Source: Camelus dromedarius (taxonomy: Eukaryota). Taken from it: DNA of 64,000 bases. Below are positions 40,394 to 52,019 of the stretch, piece by piece. The stretch lies in NCBI RefSeq assembly GCF_036321535.1, contig NC_087437.1:61568001-61632000 (forward strand), given 5' to 3'. A program made the position numbers and the translations under genes. The stretch's first letter is position 1, and each line of letters opens with the position of its first letter. Under the pieces are notes generated by a model, which worked only from the letters and a program-made list of their open reading frames with translations, did no database searches and was not told the DNA's origin.

Positions 40394-41796
40394 ATCAGTT
40401 TTAAGGATGGTATTTATAAACTCAGAAATTGAGCTTGTTTTCCAGTGTTATATGAAACCAAAATCCATTCGAGGCAGAAGTTCATGTTCTTTTCTTTGTG
40501 AGCAAAGATGGTCTTTTAAGCTAGTTAACGTATTTTGCTTTCTCTGCGGTATTGGAAAAGGAAAAATGTAGTGTATTGAATGATACCAAAAAATAAGTAA
40601 GGGGAGAAAAATTAAATGGGAAGTTACAGGAAAATAAATATGTACGTGTATGTAAATACATATACCCCTTTTCTCATCTTTAAAATTAATATTTAGTGAT
40701 CTTTGTTGTCACATATTTTGTAACTTCAGCTAACATGTTTCACTACAGATAGCCACGTGTATTTATGGTGAGTTAAATCCATTAGATGCTCTTCTGTCAT
40801 GTTACTGCAGTTCCGTTAATTGTTCTGCTAGAGCAGAATTAGGTTGCTTTTTTCTCCAGACTTCAATAGCATTTTTTTTTCACTGCCTTTCAGTCTCCAT
40901 GAACAGGCTCATGGAGGCCCCTTAGGGCCACTGTCTGCTTTCTTGTTTTAAGCCAATGTCAGATGTTTTAGGTCTTTGTTACTGCAGCGCTCCACTTCCA
41001 GATACCAATTTCTGTTTTGTTTTTTATTGCTGTGTCTCAGACGACTACAAAGCTTAGTGTCTTACAGAAAAACCAATAGTCATTAATTCTGAAACTTCTC
41101 TTGAGATTGGTGTCTTTCCCTTTTTGCCCCCTTTCCACAAATCTAACTTGCCACAGAAGTTTCTGTTACACAGGGGTGAAAAGTAGCTGATTTAGAACTA
41201 GGGCACAGAAGTTGCAAGATAATTCTGGAACATCTTTTGCCGGAATATGAGGAAATGCTAAAAGAAAGTGAAGATGGCATATCAAAAAGATATAGGATCT
41301 AGCTTAAGGGGGCATTTTCATAATCAAGTCTGAGTCTTAATGAATTATAACATTGAATAAAATGAAAACCCATGAGTCCACATAGCAAACAGGTCAATAT
41401 ATCATGCACATCTATTTTTTTTAATAGGAAGACAAATATCATCAATTAAAAACATTTTATATACTTCAGAATGGAAAAAAGTCGTGATGACATTTTTTGT
41501 ACACTTAAACCACTCTTTTTATGACTGTAATCTATTTCAGCTTTTTAAAAAATTATAAAATATTTATCTGTAAAACTATAGATACACATAATAGTTTTTC
41601 CCTTGAGGTGAATTTGATTCATTTTATCTAAATACATACTTTTTTGGAAATAAATTATTTTCAATATAGATTGTGTAGTATTTCTTTTTTCCCCACACAC
41701 ACAATAAACTGGTACATATTTTAGATACAAAATCGAGTAAATTAATAACAGCTAATTATATCATCTTGTGCAAGTTAATTGTCTTATGCCTCATTC

Positions 41797-42276
41797 TTTT
41801 TTTTTTTTTATTGAAGTATAGTTGATTTACAGTGTTTCAGGTATATGGCAAAGTGATTACATATATATACAAAGTTATACATATATATTCTTTTTCAGAT
41901 TCTTTTTCGTTATAGGTTATTATAAGATATTGAATATAGTTCCCTGTGCTATACAGTAGGTCTTTGTTGTTTTTCTGTTTTATATATAGTAGTGTGTATC
42001 TGTTAATCTCAAAGTTCTAATTTATCCCTCTTTCCCCACCTTTCCCCTTTGATAACCAACAGTTTGTTTTCTATGTCTGTGAGTTTATTTCTGCTTTGTA
42101 AATAAGTTCATTTGTAGCATTTTTTTTTAGATTCCATGTATCACTGATATCATATGATATTTGTCTTTCTCTGTCTAACTGCTTTCATTTGAATGATAAT
42201 CTCCAGGTCCATTCATGTTGCTGCACATGGCATTATTTCATCCTTTTTGTGGCTGAGTAATATTCCATTGTATATA
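41797..42276 (-). mobile_element. 5'-truncated LINE-1 3' end
   Basis: T-run then attgaagtatagttgatttac...atagttccctgtgctatacagtagg...ggctgagtaatattccattgtata. Confidence 0.88.
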
Positions 42277-42294
42277 GATTATGTAGTATTTCTT

Positions 42295-45200
42295 TTTTTT
42301 TTTAATAGACTTTATTCTTTTAGAGCAGTTTCAGGTTCACAGCAGAATTGAGCAGAAAATATAAAGAGTTTGCATATAGCCCTCCCAACTTACACATATA
42401 TACTCCTCTGCCCTCAATATCCCTCATCACTATGGCATATTTGGTACAATCGATGAATCAACATGGGCACATTATTATCAACCAAAGTCCATAGTTTACA
42501 TTAGGGTTCACTCTTGATGTTGTACATTCTATGGGTTTTGAGAAATGCATAATGACATGTAGCCACCACTGTAGTATCATACAGAATAATTTCATTGCCC
42601 TAAAAATCCCTTGTGCTCCATCTATTCATTCCTCCCTCCCTCTCTCTCCCCAAAACCCTGGAAACCATGATCTTTTTGTTGTTTCTGTAGCTGTGCCTTT
42701 TCCAGAATGTCATTTGGTTGGAATTGTACAGTTTGTAGCCTTTACAGACTGGCTTCTTTCATTTAGTAATATGTCTTTTAAGTTTCTTCCATGTCTTTCA
42801 TGGCTTGATAGGTCGATTTTTTTTTACTGAAAAATGTATTTTTAAATTTACATATATGTACTGTTCATTGTTTCTAAGAACGTATAGAGCTTTAGCTTTT
42901 TAAATTTACATAGTTATCAAAGGAATAAAACCAACTACAAAATAAGAATTAATTCCAAAAGATACATATACCCTGCTATTAACAGCAACATTATTTATAA
43001 TTGCCAAGATAAGGAAGCATCCTAAGTGTACATCAATAGTTGAATAGATAATGAAGATGCAGCATATATAAATATATGTAATGGAATACAACTCACCCAG
43101 AAAAAGAAGGATATTTTGCCATTTGCAGCCATTCATTCACTTTTTTTTTTTTCACTTCGAAAACCGGAATTTATAACTGGCAGAGACATTTCCATTACAT
43201 CAAAAACAACAAAATACCTAGAAATAAACTTAACCAAGGAGGTTACCTATACTCTGAAAACCAAAATGACACAAAGAAATGGAAAGATTTCTTGCACTGT
43301 TGGATTGGAAGAATCGGCACTATCAAAATGGCCACACTACCCAAAGCAATCCACAGATCCAATGCAACCCCCATCAAAATACTCATGACATTCCTCACAG
43401 AGCTAGAACAAACAATTCCAAAATTTGTAAGGAACCACAAAAGACCCTGAACAGCCAAAGCAATCTTTTGTAGGTCTCTCTTTTTTTCTTTTTCTCTCTT
43501 CTTTTTATTCTCTTTTCTTACGGTTTTATGACTAGAGAAGTTACTTTAACATTTGTTGTAAAGCTGGTTTGGTGGTGCTGAAATCTTTTAGCTTTTGTTT
43601 ATCTGTGAAGCTTTTGATTTCTCCATCAAATCTGAATGAGAGCCTTGCTGGATAGTGTATTCTTGCTTGTTAAGTTTTCCCCTTTCATCACTTTAAATGT
43701 ATCTTGCCACTCCCTTCTGGCCTGTAGAGTTTCTGCTGAAAAATCAGCTGATAACCTTATGGGAGTTCCCTTGTATGTGATTCGTTGCTTTTCTCTTGCT
43801 AATTTTAATATTTTCTCCTTATCCTTAATTGTTGGCAATTTGATGACTAGGTGCCTTCGTGTCTTCCTCTTTGGGTTGATTCTGTGTAGTACTCTCTGCA
43901 CTTCCTGGACTTGGGTGACTGTTTCCTTTCCCAAGTTGGGGAAGTTTTCAGTTATTATCTCTCCAAAAATTTTCTCAGGTTCTTTCTCTCTCTTCTCTTT
44001 CTGGGACCCCTGTAATGCAAATATTAGTGTGTTTCATGTTTTCCCAGAGTTTTCTTGAATTATCCTCATTTCTTTTAATTCTTTTTTATTTTTTATGTTC
44101 TGAAGTAGTGATTTCCACTAAACTGTCTTCTAGCTCACTGATCCGTTCTTCTGCCTCTTGGTTCCTTCAAGTGTTTTGTTCATTTCAGTGATTTTATTCT
44201 TCAACCCTGGGTATTCTTTATATTTTCCAACTCTTTGCTAAAAACTTCACTCTGTGCATCTATACTCCTCTTGAGTTCTCTGAACATCTTGGTCATCATT
44301 ACTTTAAACTCTTTCTCAGATAAGTTGCCTATCTCCTCATCACTTATTTCTTCTTCTGGGATTTTATCTTATGCTTTGGCCTGGGAGATATTCCTTTGCT
44401 GCCTCATATTGTCTATCTTTCTATGTGTTTGTGGATTCCTTCCATAGGCTTTGGGATTGTTGTTTTCTTGTTTCTAGTATCTGCCCCTGGTGGATGAGGC
44501 TGGACTAGAGGCTTATGCAGGTTTCCTGGCAGGAGGAGCCAGTGCCTGCCCACTGCTGGGAGAAGCTTGGCCCTGGACCTCTGGTGGGTAGGGCTGTGTC
44601 TAGAGGCCTTTGTGGCTTAGGAAGTCTGCTAATGGGTGTGGCTGTGTTCCCACCCTGTATGTTGTTTGGCCTGAGGCTTCCCTACAGGCTGTTGGGTGGG
44701 ACTAGATCTTGGTGCTAATGATCCAATCAAGGTATCAGCCTCCAGGAAAGCTCGTGTAGATTAACACTCCCGGAATTTCTGCCACCAGCTTTTATGTCCC
44801 TTGAGTGAGCTGCAGCCGCCCCCCATGTCCCCAGAAGACCCTCCAAATCCAGCAGGCGGGTCTGGCCCATGTTCCTATGAAATCACTGCCTCTGCCCTTG
44901 GACCTGGTGCTCATGAGTTTGCATTTATGCTTCCCAAGCGAATGGAGTCTCTGTTTCCCCCAGTCCTGGGAGGCTCTCAGAGCCAAGCATCCTGGGGTCT
45001 CCTTCTCTTCCCAATGCCAGAACCCAAGCTGGGGAGCCTGACATGGGGCTTAGAGCTCTCACTTCTGTGGGAGGGCCTCTGTGACTTAACAAATCTTCAT
45101 CTGTGAGTCGCCCACCCAAGGGGTATGGGGCCCAATTATATCTTGAGCAGGCCCCTTCTGCCGTCTTGCTGTGGTTCCCTCTGTGTTTCCAGTCGGAGAA

Positions 45201-45324
45201 GATCTTTTTTGCTAGGTTCCAGTCTTTTTTCAATGGTTGTTTAGCATTCAGTTGTGGTTTTGTTTTAGTCGCCAGGAGAGGCAAGCTTGTGGTCCTACCA
45301 TCTTGACCAGAAAATCTATATGTC
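42295..45324 (-). mobile_element. Copy B: full-length rearranged L1 derivative (5' UTR, ORF1, two antisense ORF2 pieces, tail, captured old L1 3' UTR, polyA)
   Basis: 5' end ...ggtcaagatgg ~45310; disrupted ORF1 44407-43532 (MRQQRNISQAKA*DKIPEEE...GTPIRLSADFSAETLQARREW...); same junctions as copy A; perfect 14-bp TSD atgtagtatttctt at 42281-42294 and 45325-45338, the latter followed by aa. Confidence 0.88.
42304..42832 (-). mobile_element. Old L1M (L1MB/MC-like) 3' UTR segment inside the TSDs of copy B
   Basis: ttttagagcagtttcaggttcacagcagaattgagcag...aaagtccatagtttacattagggttcactctt...gccttttccagaatgtcat. Confidence 0.75.
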
Positions 45325-45460
45325 ATGTAGTATTTCTTAAAAACAAAAAAATTGTTTAAAGTGCTTTGGTCCTTTTTCAAGTATGTTAATTATGTTATAG
45401 TCTTACTATAGATGATGTTCTATAGGTGGAGGACAGGATTTGTACTCATTTTACTTTTGG

Positions 45461-45576
45461 CAGGGGGAGGGAGGTAATTAGGTTCATTTATTTATTTTTA
45501 GAGGAGGTACTGGGGATTGAACCCAGGACCTGCATGCTAAGCATGCAGTCTACCACTTGAGCTGTACCCTCCCCCC
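45461..45576 (-). mobile_element. tRNA-Ala-derived SINE (Vic-1-like)
   Basis: gggaggtaattagg...ggaggtactggggattgaacccaggacc...ctaccacttgagctgtaccctcccc. Confidence 0.88.
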
Positions 45577-47530
45577 ATACTTGTTTCTGATTCCACAGTT
45601 TTTGTTTCTTTCATTTATTTACTTTTTTTTAAAAACAAATACTTTATTGAACACCTACTTTGTGCTATGTACTATGGCACTAATAAGTGCCAAGTATAGA
45701 GTTGAACAAAACGCTCACCACGTTCCTAAGATACTCATTAAATATTTGCTTTGTGACTCTAACGTGCTCATTCTTGTACAACACCCCTCCTTCAATTAAT
45801 ATTGAAGATTCTTTTTTTACCATCTCTTAGGCTTTTTTCTTTAACATGTCATTTTTAAACTTACAGTGTATTTGAGGTAAGTTTAACTTTGAAGTTAATT
45901 TCTTGGTGAATAAGGTAAATAATCACATATGATTGCAAACAAAATGTCTTAAAACTTTTTTCATTGAAATACTTCTTTTAGTTAATTGAAACTTCCATAA
46001 TATATTTCTTAGCCAAAATTTTTTTCTCATTTTTTTTATCACTCCAAAATAGGCATTTTCTGCTTTGCTCAACTGAATGATACATCCAAGGGCTGTGCCA
46101 AAGAGTGGTATAGTTGTTAGCTCATATTACTAGCATTAGAAGAAAAGATACTCGCTGGTGCAAGACCAAGGCCACATTCAGGGAATGATACATAGAAGTA
46201 ACTTAATAGCTTAATTGCAAAGTTGTATATTATCCAGTTTGTGGCTTTTTACAATACTTGGCAAATCTCAGTTGAGCTCAAAGTCTGGAAAACAACCTAC
46301 AACTGACACAGAGATGGAAATTTAGGAGGCTTATGTGAGAATAACTAGTCTTATCTAAATGTGTGAAGTCAAAAGCTTACTCTCGTGACATAAAGATTCC
46401 GTAACCTCTCTGCTTATTTAACCCCGCTGAAAGATAAAGAAACTGTTTTAAACATTTTAATGTGAATCTTTAAATAAATGTTTTCTACCTTTTTTGCCTT
46501 TTCAAAGTAGAAGTAATACTGCTTCTTTGCCTTTTAAAACTAGAAGTATTAATAAAGCAGTATTACTTCTTTTTGGTGACCAAAAGTCATAAGTTATTGT
46601 ACTCTGCTTTATTTTATTGCATAGTATACAATACCCTATAATTTAGCAGGGGTGGGGGGTTATTTTTGTTTTTGCTGTATTGCTGTCAACCTATGAAGCT
46701 GGCTTTGTGTGTGTGTATACCTCTTTGCATTTTACAATTTATCAAGTAATTTTTTCATGCATTATTTGATTTGATTCTTAGAATAATCCTAGGAATTAGT
46801 GACAGAGAAAATGAAGAGAAATGGATGGGCTCAAGATATATTTGGACCAAGACACTGACAGTGTTTGTTGATAGGATTAGATTGAGAAAAAAAGAAAGTC
46901 TGACTTAAACAACTGTGTGGACAAATCATCATGTATTGTGATAGGAAATAGTGGAAAGGAATATATTTGTGAATATATAACATTTTAATGGCATTGTTGT
47001 GCAAAGTTAGTCCTCAAAAGCTCAGAAGTCTTTTTTTCCCCTCTATAGAAAAACATGAGGTAATTTTAAAACATTCAGTTTGCATATATACTCAGGACAC
47101 TGCCTATAAGTGAGAATTTCCCACATCAATTTAGTTACCAAGTCAAATGTTGCTAAATTTTATATCAGTCTTTATTTCCTTAGTTTGAACTTTAATAATG
47201 AATAAAATTGGAAGTATCAGTTAGTGGTCTAGCCAAACCCTTTGCTATTTTGGCCACAATTGACCTTTTAATAGTAAGAAAGAAGGAAAGAACATAGATA
47301 TTCAAAGGACAGTAAACTACATCTGTCACAAATAATATGACCTTTTTAAAAATCCAAATATATTGGGTAATTATGTTAAATAGAGGGCATTTCAGTTAAA
47401 AGATAAAGATTGTCAGACAATTAGAACAAAATTTACCTTTGTGCTATTTATAAGAAACACATTTAAAACATAATGATGCAGAAAATTAGAAATAAAAGAA
47501 AAGGAAAAGTTACTCTGTGGAAGTATTGAC

Positions 47531-47920
47531 TGTTAGTTTCCTATGCTGTGTAACAAATTATCACAAACTTAGCAGCTTAAGAAACTTCCTGGTTTCTTTG
47601 GATCAGGATTCTATGCACAGCTTAGCCTAGTCTGCTGCAAGGCTTCAGTCAAGGTGTTGATCAAGGCTGAGTTCTTCTGTAGAGACTTGACTGGGGAAGG
47701 ATCTGCTTCCAAGCTCTCTCAGGTTGTTGGCAGAATTTATTTCTTCGCAGCTATAGAATTTACAGCAGCTTACTTCTTCAAAGCTAGCAACAGAGATAGA
47801 TCATATGGAAGTCATAACCAAAGGAGTGACGTCATATCACCTTTGCATTATTCTGATGGTTAGGAGCAAGTCTATACAAGGATGTGAGCAGGATCATGGA
47901 AGTCACACTAGAGTGAGTCC
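47531..47920 (-). mobile_element. MLT1 solo LTR nested in the ancient L1
   Basis: tgttagtttcctatgctgtgtaacaaattatcacaaacttagcagcttaa...ggggaaggatctgcttccaagctc. Confidence 0.75.
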
Positions 47921-49017
47921 ACCAAACCAACCAAAACAGGAGACTTCAAAGCAAGCAACAGTGTTAGTAATATAAGAGGTAACCTAAGAATTATAAAAAG
48001 TTTGATTTATTAGGAAGATAATAATTTAAAACTTTGTAGGTATCTAGTAACAAAACTCCAAAATACATAAGGAAATGGTTAAAGGATTACAGAGAGAAAT
48101 AAATGAGATAGCAACAATAATGGAAGACTGTAATATACCCCTCTCTCAGCAGTTGATAGGAAAAAGCTGGCCAAAAAAAAAAAATCCGTTAAGGATGAGC
48201 CTTGAACAATGAAGTGAAACAAATGTGACCTAATAGACATAACAGAACATTATGCCAATGTAGAATACACATTCTTTTTAGACTCATGTAGAATATGTAT
48301 GAGAATAGACCATATGTGGACCATTAAGGAAATCTAAACAAATATCAAAGAATTAAAATCACATAAAACATGTTCTTTTACCATAGTACTGTTGTTAATC
48401 AATGTTAAGAAATCATTAACGAATAAGGTAATAAGAATATCCTGATATGTTCAGAAATTAAGAAATTCATTTCTAACAGAATGGGACAATTGAAATCATA
48501 ATGGAAATTAGAAAATATTTTCTAATAAAATATTCTGATAAAATATATTTAAGGACTCGTGAGATATAGCTACAGCAGCATTGTACAGATGGAATTTTAT
48601 AGCTTTAAATACATATATTTAGAAAGAAATAAGTCTGAAAATTAATGGGCTAAGCATCTCAATAAATCAGGAAAAGAATAATACCACCTCTCCCCCAATA
48701 GAAGGAAAATGATAAAGATAAGAACAGAAACTAACAAAATAGAAACTATACAGTAATGAATAGGGTTAGCGAAGCCAGATACTTTGAAAACACTAATGTT
48801 ATTTTCAGTCCTTTGATGAGATTGATCAAGAGAGAAAGAAGGTACAAAAAACAAAGTCAGAAATGAAAATATAGAGAGATCCCCACAGATGCTGTAAACA
48901 TTTAAAAAAAATTAAAGAAGCTATTATGAACAACTTTACAGTAATAAAATTGAAAATTCTGATAAAAATAGCAAACTCCTAGACTATAATAAAACTGGTT
49001 CAAGAAGATATATATAA

Positions 49018-49166
49018 GGAAGGGTATAGCCCAGTGGTACAGGGCATGCTTAACATGCATAAGGTCCTGGGTTCAATCCCCAGTACCTCCATTAAAATAA
49101 ATAAGTAAATAAATAAACCTAATTACCCCCCTGGACAAAAAATAAATTAATTAATAATATTTTTTA
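49018..49166 (+). mobile_element. tRNA-Ala-derived SINE (Vic-1-like) with TSD
   Basis: ggaagggtatagcccagtggta...ggtcctgggttcaatccccagtacctcc; TSD aagaagatatatataa (49002-49017) / aagaagatacatataa (49167-49182). Confidence 0.9.
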
Positions 49167-49540
49167 AAGAAGATACATATAAAACCTAAATAGTCTTATC
49201 AATATTAAGGAAATTCAATCAGTAGTGAAAAATCTTCCTTCAAGGAAAACTCCAGGCCCAGATGGCATCACTAGTGAAGTTATTAGATATCTATATAAAT
49301 CCTTTCAGTCAATAGAAGAGGGAATGCCCCCAAACTAAATATTATGAGACTAGTACAACCTTGGTATCAAACCCTGACAAATTTAGTATGAGAAAAGAAA
49401 ATGGTCCAAACTCATTCATGATTATATATACAAAAATCTTGAAACAAATATTAATGAACTGAATCTAGCTAATATAAAGAATAATATATCATGGCCAAAT
49501 TTAGTTTATGTCAGGAATACAAGATTTAACTTTAGAAAAT

Positions 49541-49655
49541 AAGAATATGAAAATGAATATATGTATATTCATGTATGACTGAAGCATTGTGCTGTACACT
49601 AAAATTGACACAACATTGTAAACTGATTATACTTCTATTAAAAAAAGGAAAAAAA
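49541..49655 (+). mobile_element. Short young L1 3' terminus
   Basis: gaatatatgtatattcatgtatgactgaa...aattgacacaacattgtaaactgattatacttc + A tail; resembles the end of the L1 at 63.7 kb. Confidence 0.8.
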
Positions 49656-50448
49656 GAAATTTAATATCTAATAAAATAAAGTTTTAATGAGGACAAAAGT
49701 TAATTCTATACTAATGAAATGAAAGAATAGTGGAATAAAGAGTAAAATTAATTCCATATCAGTATAATAAAATAAAAAAATCCTGTAATCATCTCAATAG
49801 ATGGAGAAAAAGAGATTGATTAAATTCAGTATTTGTTACTGATAAAAGCTCATAGCAAACTAGAACTAGAAAGAATTTCCTTAATATTTAAAGGATATCT
49901 ATAGAAAACCTTTGATATTAGGAACAATTACTGTTTTTATTCAACATTGTGCTATGGGTCCTAGCCAGCACTGTAAGAGAGAAAAATAAATAAATATATA
50001 GCAGAAAGGAAGAAATAAACCTTCACTGTTCACAGAACTATGTAATATTGGATCTAGAGCTATCCAGAAGGATCTACAGATAAATTTTGTAAACTGATAA
50101 AAAGATTCACCAAAGATGCCAGGTACAAAGTCAGTATATTAAAATCAGTTTTAGTTCTGTGAGTAACTAATGGTTAAATATCTATCATGTATAAAATAAT
50201 AAAGACCTGGGAATAAATCAAGTAAATACGGTCTTTTTTCCCAAAGTGATATTTGATTCAGTGCAATCTCAGTAAAAATTCAAACAAGTGTTTTATGATA
50301 TATAACAAGCTCATTCTGAAACTTACAAAGAAATGCAAAAGGCCTGGAACGCCAAGACACTTTGAAGAACTTCAAAGAGGAAGGGATCCCTCTTCTACTA
50401 GTAGTAATGTAGGAGTACAACACTCTGGTAGTTTTCAAGAATTATTAT

Positions 50449-50482
50449 TATTTATTTATTGAAGTGTAGTCAGTTTGCAATG
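50449..50482 (-). mobile_element. 34-bp L1 3'-terminal insertion with 14-bp TSD
   Basis: Reverse complement cattgcaaactgactacacttcaataaataaata, flanked by tcaagaattattat at 50435-50448 and 50483-50496. Confidence 0.8.
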
Positions 50483-51532
50483 TCAAGAATTATTATAAAG
50501 CTATAGTAATTAAGATTATGTAATATTGACTTAAGGACAGACAAGTAGTGCAATGGATTAAATTAGAGAGCTCCCAAACAGGCTGTGATATATGACAGAG
50601 ATGTTATAGGGAAATAGTTGGGGTAAGGGGAAGATGGTCTTTTCAATAACTGTTACAGGATTAATAGGGTATCCCTGTAGGAAGAAATGAAATTGGTCTC
50701 CTATCTCATGTCATACTAGAAAATAAATTCTGAGGAGGTTAAATGTGATGGTTAGACTATAAAACTTTTAGAAGAGAGTATCTTTATGACCTTGGAGTAG
50801 GGAAGGATTTCTTTTAAAACTGTAAAAACCATTAACCATAAAGAAAAGTATTAATAAAATTTTTTGCTCTATTAAAATTAAAGACTTTCTTCAGAAGACA
50901 CCACAAAGACTCTGAAACTTCAAATTACAGAATTGGAGAAGGTACTTGTAACATAGCTGACAACGTTCTCATATTCAGAATTTGTAAGGACCTCCAACAA
51001 ACCAAAAGACTTGAGTAGGTACTACACAGAAAAGGAAATCTAGATGGCCAATAAACATATGAAAAGCTATTGTACCTCATTAATAATCAGGGAAATTAAA
51101 ATTAAAATCCCAATGAAATGCCACTATAAAAAATCTTTAAAACATAATAGACATATTAAAACATCTCAGCAACAAGTATTAGCAAGGATATGAGGCCACA
51201 AAAACTCCTTGTACATTGCTGGTGGATATGTAAATTGGTACCATCTTTTTGGGAAACAGTTTAGCATTCTCTCTTGAAGCTGAAGATGCATATATCTTAT
51301 TACACAGCATTTTCACTCCTAGATCAGTGCACAGTCAAAATGTTCATCAGAAGTAGAATAAGTGAATAAATTATAGCACGTTAATATAGTAGAATACTGT
51401 GAAGGCATGTGAAGAATAGTATGAAAGAACTATTGCAGTATGCAGCTACATGAGTGAAACTCGAATGTTGAATGAAGTTCACAAAAGAATACACACCTAA
51501 AGCATGCATCTACTTTTAGAAAGTTCAGAGGA

Positions 51533-52019
51533 ATGGTAGGCAAAATTATGGCCCCCTAAAGATGTCTACATCCTAATCCCTATAATCTATGAATATGTTA
51601 GACCTACATGGCAAACGGGAGTTCAGGTTGCTAATCAGCTGACCTTCAAATAGGGAGATGGGGGAGATGGTAAAAGTCACTTGACCCTTAAAAGTGGAAG
51701 AAGGAGGCAAAAGAGGGAGAACCACAGAGATGGCAGCATCAGAAAGACTCCATCTGATATTGATGACTTGATGGTAGAGGAATGGGGCTATGAGCCAAGG
51801 AATGTGGACAGTTTTGTAGAAGCTGGGAAAGAGGAGGAAACAGATTCTCCCCTAGAAGCTCCAGAAAGAATGAAGCTCTGACAACACATCTTGCTTTTAG
51901 CCCAGTGAGACCCATTTCTGACTTCTGACCTTTCCAGAACTGTAAAATAATAAAAAATTGTTGTTTTAAGCCACTGGGTTTGTGGTAATTTGTTACAGCA
52001 GCAATAGGAAACTAGTACA
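51533..52019 (+). mobile_element. MLT1D-like solo LTR
   Basis: tggtaggcaaaattatggccccctaaagatgtctacatcctaatccc ... gttttaagccactgggtttgtggtaatttgttacagcagcaataggaaactagtaca. Confidence 0.85.

Noticed and set aside
44515..45380. Cluster of 64-151-aa ORFs
   Set aside because: They fall in the GC-richer L1 5' UTR of copy B; no coding signature or splice support
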